Source: Octopus bimaculoides (lineage: Eukaryota). Taken from it: a DNA stretch of 64,000 nt. Positions within the stretch are counted from its first letter, which is position 1, and every line of letters begins with the position of its first letter. The notes under the pieces were generated by a model. It had not been told where the DNA came from, searched no databases, and saw only the letters and a program-made list of their open reading frames with translations. This document shows, one piece after another, positions 12,950 through 25,090 of this stretch. The DNA is taken from the NCBI RefSeq assembly GCF_001194135.2, contig NC_068982.1, positions 49,406,063 to 49,470,062 on the forward strand. Reading direction: 5' to 3'. The position numbers were made by a program, and so were the translations under genes.

Positions 12950-13135
12950 AAGGAAGGGATTGGCTAAGGCCATCATCCCCTGTATTTGACTGGGGATGAT
13001 TTATTTCATTAACCTGAAAGGGGTGGAGTGGCAAAATCGACCATGATAGGGTTTGAAACCAGGACATAAATAACTAGAAGAAATACTGTATTGCATTTTG
13101 TTCACTATACTCACTCACTATTCTTGTCATATCAG
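12950..13135 (-). mobile_element. SINE-D (degenerate)
   Basis: Weak match to the reverse complement of the 42115-42315 consensus. Confidence 0.55.
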
Positions 13136-13547
13136 AAAATTGCATAAAGATAAAAATCCTAAGTCCATAGTCTTCATGGAGTAAGATGGGAAAAATCTAA
13201 GAAGAATCATAATGGTAGTCTAGAGAGTAGGAGTTTTAGTATGAGGTACAGAAATAACAGTTCATCAAGACAAACTGATTTTCCTCTTTCAGTTTTTCTT
13301 CCATCTCTCTCAGTCTTTCTTCAGCTTTTCCTATATCTCACTATCTTTCTTTCCTTCTCTCTTAAACATTTTCACTCTCATTGTCTTTTAGATGACAACA
13401 CGCTGAGCTACATATTGCAACACATTATAATTCTTTGTTTAAAAATCATATCACTGTAAAGTTAGTATACAGTTTCAAATGCCATGAAAGGTAGAACTTT
13501 GTTTATTAATTGTTTCATATTTAGATTTCATATTTATAAAATATTTA

Positions 13548-13988
13548 GATGCAGACGTGGGTGTGTGGTTAAGAAGTTTACTTCCTAGCCAGAATGTTTC
13601 AGGTTCAGTCCCATTGCATGGCACCTTGGGCAAGTGTTGTCTACTATAAACCCAGGCCAACCAAAACCTTGTGAGAGGATCTGGTGGACAGAAACTGAAA
13701 GAAGCTCATAGGATATCATTGTGTGTATGTGTGTGTGTGTGTGTGTGTCTCACCCCCTTGTCTTAACATTGAGATGGTTGTAAATGATTGTTGCTGTCAT
13801 ACAAGCTGGGTCATTAATTTCCAACATTCTGTGAAAAGATGTTTGGACATAGGTTAATATTAATGTACCTAGAAATAGTTGAGCATGGTTGCAAGAAGAG
13901 GATCTGGCAGTGGAATATCTGTAAATTCTGTAAATTCCATCCAGCCCTTGCCAGCATGGAAAAGTGAATGTTAAGGGAATGATGATCA
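13548..13988 (+). mobile_element. SINE with SINE-A head and an alternative body ending in an RTE-like tail
   Basis: SINE-A 5' half and (TG)n, then a different body ending GCCAGCATGGAAAAGTGAATGTTAAGGGAATGATGAT. Confidence 0.75.
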
Positions 13989-14037
13989 CTATAGATACAA
14001 CTGTTAATTTTTATAATATTTGATATATATGAGGTGG

Positions 14038-14932
14038 TATATATATAAATGAGAATGTATGTGTGTGTGTGTTGTGTCTGTGTGAATCCCTAAAACTCCA
14101 GAACCACACAACCAATTTCATTCAAATTTTACACATGCCTTACTTAGGGTCCCGGTTGTGTTTTAGTCAAAAACTTTTTTAACTTCTTGCATAGTTCAAG
14201 CCCATGGCAACATAATATCTCCTCCACTATTTAAGTATTACGTGTCAAAAGTGAAACAAAAACACTCATGTCAAATACTTACACTTTAAAATTGAAACTT
14301 TTCCACTGTTTCAGTATCAAAACTGAAACACAAGTACAGACAAAACACAAAAGTAGGGGGAAATAAAATCGAACGAAAAGAATGGTAATGATAAATGAAA
14401 AGGGGGATTGACGTCTACTCGAACCCCAAACTCCAGTTAACATCATTGAACGTTTTTAGAAATAAATTTTAACACGTGTTATTTTTGTCTCTTTCTCTTT
14501 GCTGTGTGTTGCTTGTGTTATATACTCAGTCGACAACAGACATGCGTGAACTGCTGTCTGGCCAGTGTCAATACGAAATTTTAGTTTCACTTCCATTAAA
14601 ACAATATACATTTACTGGTCTATTACGAGTTAATAGTTATCGCAGCAGTTGCAAGGTAAAATATAAAATTCTTTGTCTCTCTGTAATAATTATTGTGGTA
14701 TTTACCGTTAAATTAGCAGATATGATCCATCCCAGCCTTATAAAAACGATAATTCTGTACAAATTGGTGTGCTACACTCAAATTGTCGTTTCTTCAAAGC
14801 TTTCAAATTTCCAAATGAAACTAGTGGCATGTGCTGCTCAAGCAGTAAGGTAAGATTGCCAGCACTACCAGTTCCTAACAAACTAAACAAACTATACCAT
14901 TTTAATCCCGAGCAACGCCGGGTATCTCTGCT

Positions 14933-14934
<2 letters not shown>
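14038..14934 (+). mobile_element. Non-autonomous Helitron
   Basis: 5' TATATATAAAT followed by (TG)n; 3' GC-rich stem CCCG-AGCAACGC-CGGG, then CTAG(T) at 14931-14935; CpG-retaining. Confidence 0.75.
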
Positions 14935-14987
<53 letters not shown>

Positions 14988-15066
14988 NNNNNNNNNNNNN
15001 NNNNNNNNNNNNNNNNNNNNNNNNNNNNNNNNNNNNNNNNNNNNNNNNNNNNNNNNNNNNNNNNNN

Positions 15067-15097
<31 letters not shown>

Positions 15098-15105
<8 letters not shown>

Positions 15106-15429
15106 GTTCCGTGGTGTCCTGTGTCCATATATGCATATATATATATATACAAATATATGTATGTACATATATATGTGTGTATGTATGCATATTTATTTAT
15201 ATATTATTTATATTATTATATGATTGGACGCCTCGCATCCATTTCCAAGTACGTTTTATCTTAATAATTTTGATGCGATACCTCCTATCCCATACTGTCT
15301 CTCTTTTCCTCCCCTCTTTCGTTTCCTCTCTCTTTCTTTTTTCTCTAATTCTTTTTATTTCCTCTTTTCTCCCTTTCGTTTTCCTCTCTCATCCTTTCTT
15401 TTCCCCTATACTTCGCCGTTCTCTGTCTG

Positions 15430-15470
<41 letters not shown>

Positions 15471-15990
15471 CTTCTGCCTTTGCTCTCTCATTGCTCACAC
15501 CTGACCATCGGCCATCTTTCTTTCTCTCTGATGAGCCACAGGTATAAGACACATTCTTGTCTGTCTCCTGTCAGAGCTTGTTTCTCTGAATTCACCATCT
15601 CAACTCGTTTAAGCTTAACAGACCTTTCTGTTTGTTTTCACTGTCTTGTTTTTGTTATCAATTGTCTCCCTCTGAAAAAATCCCAAATTTTATTTAATTT
15701 GCTTTGCAGGAGCAACTGTTTTGTGGAAAACGTATCTCGTCGAAAACGTATCTTGTCGAAAACATATTTGATGAAGGGTAGTTTTTTCATGTTACTTGTC
15801 TCGTTTTCTATTTGTTTCCTTCATTGTTTTCAAAGAAAAGTTCGTATTCCATGTTTTCGCATTTCCTATTTCATGTTCTGTGGTGTCCTGTGCCCATACA
15901 TGCATGTATATACAAATATATGTATGTACATATATATGTGTATGTATGCATATATATTTATATACTATTTATATTATTATATGTATATGT
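15098..15990 (+). mobile_element. Element bounded by ~115-bp direct repeats (probable Penelope pseudo-LTR tandem remnant)
   Basis: ATGTTC(C/T)GTGGTGTCCTGTG...TATATTATTATATG at about 15103-15222 and 15873-15982; internal CTCTGATGAG motif at 15526. Confidence 0.5.
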
Positions 15991-16003
15991 ATATGTGTGT
16001 GTA

Positions 16004-16059
<56 letters not shown>

Positions 16060-16064
<5 letters not shown>

Positions 16065-17030
16065 TCGTCATCATTTAACGTCTGTTTTCCATGCTGGCTT
16101 GGGTTGGACAGTTTGACCGAGGTGTGGAGAACCAGCGGCTGCACCAGGCTCCAATCTGATCTGGCAATGTTTCTACAGCTGGAAGCCCTTCCTAATGCCA
16201 ATCCCACAAGACTGTTGCTTTTTATGTGCCACAGGCACAGGAACCAGTCAGGCCGGCCTGGCATCGATCATGTTCAGATAGTGCTTCTTATGTGCCACCA
16301 GCACGGTGGCCAGTCAGGGCATACTGGCATTGGCCACATTTGGATGGTACTTTTTACATGCTACCAGCATGGGAGCCAGTCAGGCAGACCTGACATCGAC
16401 CACATATGGATGGTGCTTTTTATGAGCCACCAGCATTGGAGCCAGTCAGGGAGCACCGGTCACAGCTACGATATTGGTTTTACTTGACTCAACAGGTTTT
16501 CTCAAGCATATCATATCACCTGACCCATTAGGAGTACTCTTAACTGGTCCCCATGGCTGTGATCTCACTTTAGTTGCTGGGTCTTCTCACTCACAGTATA
16601 TTTCCAAAGGTCTCAGTTCCAATGTTTGAAGGTCATGCCACATCACCTCATCCCATGTCTTTCTCTTCCACAGTTAGGGAGTGGCACCTCCTCACACAGC
16701 TGTCCTCATCCATATGTAGCACATGACCATACCAGCACAGCCATCTCTCTTGCACACCACATTTGATGCTTCTTATGCCCAACTTTTCTGTCAGGGTGCT
16801 TACACTCCGTCATGTATGCACACTGACATTACACATCCAGCAGCTCATACTAGATTCATTTCTTTCAAGCCTACGCATGTCCACAGCAGTCATGGCCCAT
16901 GTTTCACTGCTTTGGAGCATGGAAGTTCACACACATGCATCATGCAGTCTACCTTTCATCTTGAGCAGTTTCTGCAAGAACATCCCTGGGTCTGGCAAAA
17001 TATTATCATACTTGGAACTCATGCAAGCAT
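16060..17030 (-). mobile_element. 5'-truncated RTE LINE (ORF C-terminus, 3' UTR with 66-bp tandem repeats, tail)
   Basis: Minus strand has decayed RTE C-terminal sequence; tail (CAT)n at about 16062. Confidence 0.85.
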
Positions 17031-17204
17031 AGGAAAGTAAACATTAAAATGATGATGTTTGATAGCAGATCTGAACAGTTGATTTAAGAAAATTAACAGG
17101 TAGTCTCTTACCTCTGGAAAATACATTAAAATGGAAAGATCCTGATCCTAACTATATACACCTTAGGATATTACTTGTTATCTTGTAAACATTATTAATA
17201 TATA

Positions 17205-17415
17205 AGTGATGTCAAACTCATTAGCATGCCAGTCAAAATGCTTAGCAGCATTTCATCTGTCCTTATATTCCCAATTCAAATTCTGCTAAGTGTGACTTTA
17301 TTTTCCATCCTTTTGGGATCAGTAGAATAAGTACCAGTTGAGGACTGGGGTTTGACGTAATCAACTTATCCCCTCCTTCAGATTTGCTGGCCATGTGCCA
17401 AAATTTGAAACCAAT
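17205..17415 (+). mobile_element. SINE-D
   Basis: TTAGCAGCATTT...TTCAAATTCTGCT...CATCCTTTTGGG...TAAGTACCAGTTGAG...GCCAAAATTTGAAACC. Confidence 0.8.
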
Positions 17416-18159
17416 GTATTAGTGATATATACGTTCATTATTTAAGAAATTCTCCCACACCCTTGATTCCCACTCATTATTTGAGCTGAAAAAACTTGAT
17501 TTTTCCTTTTCTGAAAAATGCTAAAATTACTCCAGGCTCATCTAAATGGTTCTCATGACTTTCATTAATCTTAAGATTTCAGTACATATGTTGTCTTCCT
17601 ATCTACTGAAATGTGTGTAAATGGTACAGACTCCTTCAGTTTCATGTCAACATTAAACTAACTTGCTGGAAGATATGTCATTAATGCTTACTTGTAAAAA
17701 TAATTACTTACAACATGGAGGACAAGAGGAAAAGTTAAGCTGAATTTCTTCCAATAATTAAATGAAATATTAAAAGAGCTGAAATTCTTTAAGATTGAAA
17801 CTTTTATCTCTTCTAGCAGAAACCAAATACAGTCAATTAAGTAAATTTCATTGATAAGAATATATATGAGTACATGTTAGTCTATATTCACACACATGCA
17901 CACATGTGAATGTATGTGTATGTAATATCAGATGAAATGTGCATAGCTATGTATGCATTTGTTTGAGGGAGGCCCTTTTTATTTAATTATGTCTTAGTTT
18001 ATTTCATGTGCTACTAGAAACAGATTCAGCCTTTAAAAAATTTGTAATGATATTTTTTTCTAATAGCCTAAAATTTACTATTGACACTTTAGTTTAGAAA
18101 TATTAACTTTTATATTGGAGATTATAATAAGATTATAGTTTTGACATCAGTAAACTTCT

Positions 18160-18860
18160 TTATATATCAGAGTATGAAAGGAAGATTGTATGATGCATGT
18201 ATACAGACAGCAATTCTACTTGGTAATGAGACATGGGCTCTGAATGCAGGGGACATGTGAAGGTTAGAGAGGAGTAAGGCTAGTATATTCCACTGGATGT
18301 GTAATGTAAGTGTACATGTTCAACAGAATGCTAGTGTATTGAGAAAGAAGTTAGGCATAAGAGGAATTAGATGATGTGTGAAGAGAGAAGACTATGCTGG
18401 TTTGGGCATGTAATGTGGATGGATGCTGATAGCTCCATAAAGAAGTGCCGATCTCTCAAAGTGGATGGGACACATGGAAGTGGGAAGACCCAGGGAGACA
18501 TGGAACTGAAGGATGACCTCAAGATACCAAACCTTCAGACAAGATGATAAAGGACTGAGATGCCTGGCACCTTGCTATACTCAAGAAGACCTGTGCTCCA
18601 CAGCAGAAGTGTTAAGGCCACAAGGGGAAGAGGACTGACCTGCAAGAGTTCTCTGCTTATACCACATAAAAAGCACTCAAGCAGTGCCACATAAAAGCAC
18701 ACAGCATAGTCTTTAAAGTGGTTGGTGCTAGGAAGGGCATCCAGCTGTAGAAAACATGCTAAATCAGAATGGAGTCTTGTGCAGCTCTCCAGCTTGCCAG
18801 TTCTGGTCACACCGTCCAACCCAGCATGGATATCAGATATAAAATGATGATGAAGATGAT
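18160..18860 (+). mobile_element. 5'-truncated RTE LINE 3' end
   Basis: Translates ...LRKKLGIRGIR*CVKRRRLCWFGHVMWMD...KKCRSLKVDG; tail GATGATGA. Confidence 0.85.
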
Positions 18861-18874
18861 GAGCTACTCAAGTA

Positions 18875-19033
18875 TATCATTCCCAGTGCTCAGCTGATAC
18901 GTATTTTATTGACATTAAAAGAATGAAAGGCAAACTTGACCTTGACAGCATTTGATTTCAGAACATCAAGCCAGAAGAAATGCTGCTAAGCATTTTGTCC
19001 AGCAAGGTAATAGTTCTGCCAGTTCACCACCTT

Positions 19034-19069
<36 letters not shown>

Positions 19070-19540
19070 AATAATAATCATAATTGCAATAATATTTTCT
19101 ACTAGAGGTTCAAGGTCTGAAATTTTTGTGGAAGAGGTTGTTGATTACATTGACCACACTGTTCGACCAATAAAATATCTTATCAACCTCAAAAGATTGA
19201 AAGGTAAAATTTACCTCAGTAGAGTTTTGAATTCAGGATGTAAAGATGGATTAGATGCTGATAAGCATTTTGTCCAGCATGTTACTGGTTCTATCAGTTC
19301 ACCACCTTGATAATAATAATAATAATGGGTTCAAATTTTACCACAAGGGTAGCAATTTTGAGGGTGAGGATGAGATAATTACATCGACCCCCAGTGTTCA
19401 ACTGGTACTTAATTTATGAACCCTGACAGGATGAAAGGCAAAGTCGACATTGACAGAATTTGAACTCATAATGACGAGTGAAATATCACTAAGTATTTCA
19501 TCCAGCGTGCTAGCGATTCTGCCAGCTTACTGCCTTGAAT
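18875..19540 (-). mobile_element. Three head-to-tail SINE-D copies separated by (AAC)n/(AAT)n
   Basis: Copies at about 18875-19035, 19095-19310 and 19325-19540, each with ATGAAAGG(C/T)AAA and CTGCCAG...CACC(A/G)CCTT-like motifs. Confidence 0.85.
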
Positions 19541-20144
19541 AATAATGATAATAATAATAATAGGCAAGATGAAGAGCATGATGTAATTGCAATAGATATT
19601 TTATTGGTTGAATGATATTTCAACAGCAAGCCTGTCTTTGCTGAGTCCAAAATAAAAAATCATAAAAATTCAAAATTATAGAAATTCAAATCTAAAATAT
19701 GAACGAGAGCAACCAGCATCCACACGTTGATGGAATTACATCATAAGTCTTTAAGTTTCAATTTTATAACTGATAAAAAGAAAGAGAGAGAAAAAGGAAT
19801 GAAGAAAGAAAAGGATACCAATTTACAATACATTCATATCAGAATATTGATATCAATAGTCAATGGCAAAACATAGATTTATCTAATCTGAAAAATATTT
19901 ATTTTAAGTCATAACAGAGATTATTGTCACAAAAATCATGTTATATCAGAAGAGATCCACATGTTTCTGAGGTTTTCTCATCTTTGTTATGCAATGAATT
20001 AAAGAGGTAGTACTTAGTATTTGATATATGCATTTTCTTGCATGAAGGCTTTATTACTTAGTAATTTCCAGTTTCACTACAAAGACTCTCTGTAATAGTT
20101 ATTGTTAGCTCATATATTGTTAGCTTTCAACCCACGACTGTCAT

Positions 20145-20490
20145 ATTGTTTTCAAATTTTGACACAAGGCCAGCAATTTCGAGGGAGGGGTTTAAGTCGA
20201 TTATATTGACCCCAGTGCTCAAATAATGCTTATTTTATTGATTCCGTAAAGATGAAAGGCAATGCTGGCCTCAGCGGAATTTGAACTCGGAACATAAGGA
20301 TGGACAAAATGCCACTAAACATTTTATGCGGTATGCTAACACTTTTGCCATCTTGCTGCCACACATGATTGTTATATTAATTTCAAATTTTGGCACAATG
20401 CCAGTAATTTTAAGGAAAGGGATAAATCGATTACAGCGAGCCCAGTGCTCAACTGGTACTTAGTATATCAACCCCCAAAAGGATGAAAGG
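20145..20490 (-). mobile_element. Two SINE-D copies (second partial)
   Basis: TTTCAAATTTTG(A/G)CACAA...CCCAGTGCTCAA...GATGAAAGG occurs twice. Confidence 0.75.
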
Positions 20491-20494
20491 TATC

Positions 20495-20797
20495 TATTTT
20501 TTTTTATCTGTGGGCCCCTTTGGTTACTATTTTATTCTGGTGGACCCCCATAGCCGTTCAATGTTTAAAAAGTAGTTTTAAAGAAACTTCTTTCAAAATT
20601 CCTATTTTATTTTTCACACATTAACTTGTCAGGTTGAACTAAGTAAATCCTAGCTGTTTCTTGCACTACATACCAATATATACACTTAAAGCAAAATTTT
20701 TTCAGTAGCCCTTAAAATACTATTTTGAATCCCCAATTTACTATTTTACTACTTGGACCCCCAAAAATCTTATATAGACCCTGGTTGAGAACCACTA
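20495..20797. mobile_element. hAT-type MITE (left end truncated)
   Basis: Right TIR GGTTGAGAACCACT; reverse-complement homologue of 48918-49292. Confidence 0.7.
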
Positions 20798-22224
20798 ATG
20801 ATCAAAGTGCCCTTCCACTTTATGATGGCATGGTATTATTTCAAAGAGATCTGGAAACTGTTTTACATAGATAGGACAATCATGGTCCCTTAAATGTAAG
20901 GGGTCTTTTTATGTAGGCTTTATAATTTCACTTAGGAAAAGTTTTAGCATTTAGATACTAAAGTTTTTATTTTCACTCAGTTACCTTTCCATCATATAAT
21001 GTCTATATAGTAAACCCAAATCTGTAGGATATTTATATCAGATATTTTAATACTTTTAACCCTGAACCAAACAGAAAATGTCATGCTGGGAATTGTTTAT
21101 GGAAGCAGAGAGCTGAATTTTTAAGTAAAACATCACTTGTGTTTATCTAAATAACTTTGCAACATCAAATTCATGTTATATAGTCAATTATGTACATCAT
21201 AATACTAGCTTTGACAGATTTCACTGGAAATTCTGAATTGTTTTGATACCAGAATCCCTCTCTTGGGAAAAGCAAGACAATATTAAACTACTGGAAAGAA
21301 CTTATTAAATGACATTAATCTATCTATGAGACTCCCAACAGATCATCTATACTCGTTTGTATTGCAAATACTTATTTCATCAAAATTAGAGGTAAAAAAT
21401 TACTATAAAACCATCAGTAAATGCCTGTTTCAGTGTATGACATACATACATACAAACAAACAAACAATGTTCATCTACCATTATTATTTCACTTCTTTAT
21501 ATACTTAATATATTTTTTTTAAATGTTATTTTATTTTACCCCTAGAGATACCATATTTGTAAACCAGGTCTTTTTTTTTCACTTCATAGACAAGCTCCAT
21601 TTGTAAAATTATGTGTATGCATTGTTCTGATAAAAATTAAGTCCTTGACTGCCAATCATACAGATTGCTTTGGCTGTAACCTTTCATAATGCATTAAAGA
21701 CATGTTTATCCCTAGAGATATTGTCTTTCAATAAGAGCATTTGCTTTTCACAACTTTCAAAGTACTTTCCTTCATGGTATTATTTCCACCTAATTTTGAT
21801 AATTTCATATACTTGTTGTAGTTGTATTTTTCGTTAACTCAGTCCTTGAGTATTTCAAATAATAACTAACTTTCAAATTCATTCATCTTTATTGAAAATA
21901 TCTTAAAGACAAAAATATTCTTTACATTTTTTTTTTTTTTCCAAATAAACTGAAAATAGCAATAAAGGGGAAAATATTAAGCTTTACAGGCATTGATAGT
22001 GGTCAATATTATGTCATTTCCATAAGTTCTGTCTGTCTATTTAATAAATCTGAAATAATAAGCAAAATTAGCTTGCATTTCATCCCTCAGTTTTTGATTT
22101 ATTCTGACCAAAGTTAAAATAATGTAGAGCAGTGTAAACTTTTTAATGATCAGTTTTGCCTTTTTCTCCACATCTTGCCTTGAAGGCATCACAAACTTTT
22201 TTCTCTCTATCTTTTATTTTGCAG

Positions 22225-22281
22225 CGAACTGTCAAGGTGAGAAGCAAAAGGCTGATATTGGATATTTTAGCTGTGAGAAAG
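22225..22281 (+). CDS. Candidate internal exon of an unidentified gene (57 nt, or 12 nt with the upstream donor)
   Basis: AG-free pyrimidine tract of about 45 nt ending TTTTGCAG; donors AAG|GTGAGA (after 22236) and AAG|GTAAAC (after 22281). Open as RTVKVRSKRLILDILAVRK or xNCQGEKQKADIGYFSCEK(G). Confidence 0.35.
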
Positions 22282-22569
22282 GTAAACTACTGGATTCTTT
22301 AGTAATTCTCTTTTAAAGAAACTTTTAAGTAAAATGAACAAAACTAAATGTCTTCTCACAAAACATCATATAAACTTATAAAATATTCTGTTGCTAATCA
22401 TTAAATAATTTTGTTTTATACAGTTTTAGTAAATATGCAATATTTGTGTTGAAGTCAGAATTAAATTTAAAGGATACTCAGTATATTCTTATGAATTTGC
22501 ATATGTGTGTGTGTGTGAGAGAGATTGTAGAGATGCTTGAATGGAGGCTTATTGCTGTATGTTGCATAC

Positions 22570-24090
22570 AAGAGGTAAGGTGGAGAGGTCCTCACAAGCA
22601 AAGCATATAGGTATAAACTCTTCTGGGAAAGTAACAGTGACGGAGTGGGAATACTTCTTGCAGAGAAATTGGTGGATAAGGTCATAGAGGTAGTCAGGGT
22701 GTGCAATAGAGTGCTTGCAGAAGAGTGTAGATACAGTTATCTTTGCCTACCCCACCACAAGCAGGCCTACCAAATGATCAGAAGGATCACTTTTATGATA
22801 TTCTTCTGCAGACTACCTCAAAGACGAGTGACAATGATCTCATCTTTGTGGCTGGAGATTTTAATGAGCATTTTGGATGGCAGCCTGGTATCTTCCATGG
22901 TGCACATGGGGGCCATGAGATTGGCTCCCAAAATGAAGATGGAACTAGGTTCCTGGAGTTCTGTGATGCAAATAACCTATTGATTTGCAACACCAATTTC
23001 AAGAAGCCAGCCAGTCACCTGATAACCTATCAATCATGTGACTCTGCTAGCCAGATTGATTTCATCCTCACCAGACAGTGAGATGCATGGTTGCTCTTAA
23101 ATACAAAGACCTTCCCTGGTAAAGAATGTACTCCTCAGTATAGACCAGTTATTAATGACTTTAGACTTGAGGCCAGAAGGATGCCAAGAAGCAGAACAAT
23201 CTGAAAAAGAAGGACTTGGAAGCTTAAGAAGCCTCCACATGATCAGAGACTTAGAGATATCTTTATCGAGAAATTTAATGAGAGCGAGGAGGAGCTACAT
23301 ACTTGTGGCATAGAAGAAGGCAACTGGGAATTCCAGTAAGACCACTCGCTGAGCACCACTGATCAAATCTGTGGCTGGTGCAAAGTCCCTTCCAGACTTA
23401 GCGTAATGTGGTGGTGGAACAATACTGTAGACAGGGCCATTAGAGCAAAGAAACAGACCTAGAGGGCCTGGAAGAGTGGGTGTAGCAGGGAACTGTATCA
23501 GATACGGAAGCTAGGAGACAGATATATACATAACCAAGAGAGTAGCTGAAAAGAAGAAGTTTGCCTATGTTCAGCAACATGAGGACTAAAGAACTGAAGT
23601 GTTTCAGATTGCAAGACAGTGTGTGAGAGAAAATTGTGATGTCATAGGAGAGAAATGTGTCCGGATGGATGATGGTGCACTTGCATTTAATGATTCTGCA
23701 AAGAAAGAGGTTTGGAAATGCCATTATGAAAGACTGCTGAATGTAGAGAATGAATGGGAGGGAGAGAGTCTGCCAAATGTTGACCCAGTTGAGAGACCAG
23801 CTACCCGAATAAACAATACCTTGGTAGATAAAGCAATTAAGGCTATGAAGACAGGGAAAGCCTCCAGTTCAACAGGAATCACTGCTAAAATGCTAAAAAT
23901 ATCTGGTGGTGTGGGTTATGGTCTAGTCACCCATATTGTAAATCAGGTGGTTCATGAAGGAGTCATACCCAATGACTGGTGTAGCAGCACCATAGTCAAC
24001 TGCTACAAAAGAAAAGGTGATGCCTTAGATAGAAATAACTACAGGGGTATCAAATTATTGGATCAGGTGATGAAAGTTATGGAGATTGTA
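22570..24090 (+). mobile_element. Decayed RTE LINE internal fragment: AP endonuclease plus start of RT
   Basis: ORFs contain LIFVAGDFNEHFG, QNEDGTRFLEFCDANNLLICNTNFKK, SQIDFIL (APE) and KGDALDRNNYRGIKLLDQVMKV (RT N-terminal region); many stops and frameshifts. Confidence 0.93.
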
Positions 24091-24150
24091 GTACAATTTG
24101 CAGTACAATTTGTTCATTTAGCATGCCATTTGTATATACTCTCTCAGGAC

Positions 24151-24518
24151 TTAACCCTATAGCATTTAAACCATCCATACCCAGCCCAAATATTCTACCT
24201 ATTTTATGTTCAAACCAACCAGATTCAGCCCCCAATGTTATTCTAAAAATAAACACTCAAATCATTGAAATCACAAAGCTACAAGATAATACATGATTAA
24301 TTAGAAATAAAATGAACTCAGCAATTTGGCAAAAGAGGCTGCCAGAAAAAGTACCAGGTTCAATAAAAATATATATGTATACTGAGGTCAATTCATTCAA
24401 CTTAAAGTTTTTGAAGATGGTGCTCCAGCATGACTGCAGTCTAATGACTGAAACAAATAAAACATTAAAAAATATACGCCTTACATTTGAAATAGCAATC
24501 TGAATGTTAAAGGGTTAA
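24151..24518. mobile_element. TTAA-flanked MITE family 1 containing a SINE-A 3' fragment
   Basis: TTAACCCTATAGCATT...TTAAAGGGTTAA; SINE-A 3' piece at about 24335-24465. Confidence 0.8.
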
Positions 24519-24827
24519 ATGCTTGTGTAGTCTACTCTTGGCTAGTAGGTCAAATTTCTGTTTTCTCTCGATCATTTATACACACATGCAATCTGTTCAT
24601 GGTTCATTGACCAATTTTCAGCTCGTTTTGCAAATCTGTCTTTGTAAAAACCATTCATTATTCAGTTTCTTTATTTTGGGAATCATGTGTATAAGGATAC
24701 CTCTCTGTATAATTTCAGAGTTATACTTGCTTTCCAAGTGACTTGATTTGAGACTGTGTATTGGAACTGAAACAATTACATCCTGAAATAGTCATTCTGG
24801 TCCAAATAACAATGCACAAAACTGTTA

Positions 24828-25090
24828 CGTCATCATCATCATTATTTAACATCTATTATCCATGCTGGTATGGGCTGGATGGTTTGACCAAGGCTAGCAA
24901 GTTGAGGGCTACATCAGACCCCAGTCTGATTTGGCATGGTTTCTACAGCTGAATGCCCTTCCTAACACCAACCACTCCAAGTGTAATGGGTGCTTTTATG
25001 TGCCACTGGCTCAGGTGCCAATTGCATGAGATCAGTATCCGCAATGGCTACAATTTCACTTGGCTTGGTGGATCTTCTTCTCAATGACTT
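24828..25090 (-). mobile_element. RTE LINE 3' UTR/tail
   Basis: (CAT)n TTTAACATC...CCATGCTGGTATGGG...CTGAATGCCCTTCC. Confidence 0.8.

Noticed and set aside
14769-16487. 572-aa plus-strand ORF
   Set aside because: It runs across a Helitron end, (CA)n, an N gap, (CT)n, (TA)n and an antisense RTE UTR; the product is low-complexity HT/YI/LS repeats.
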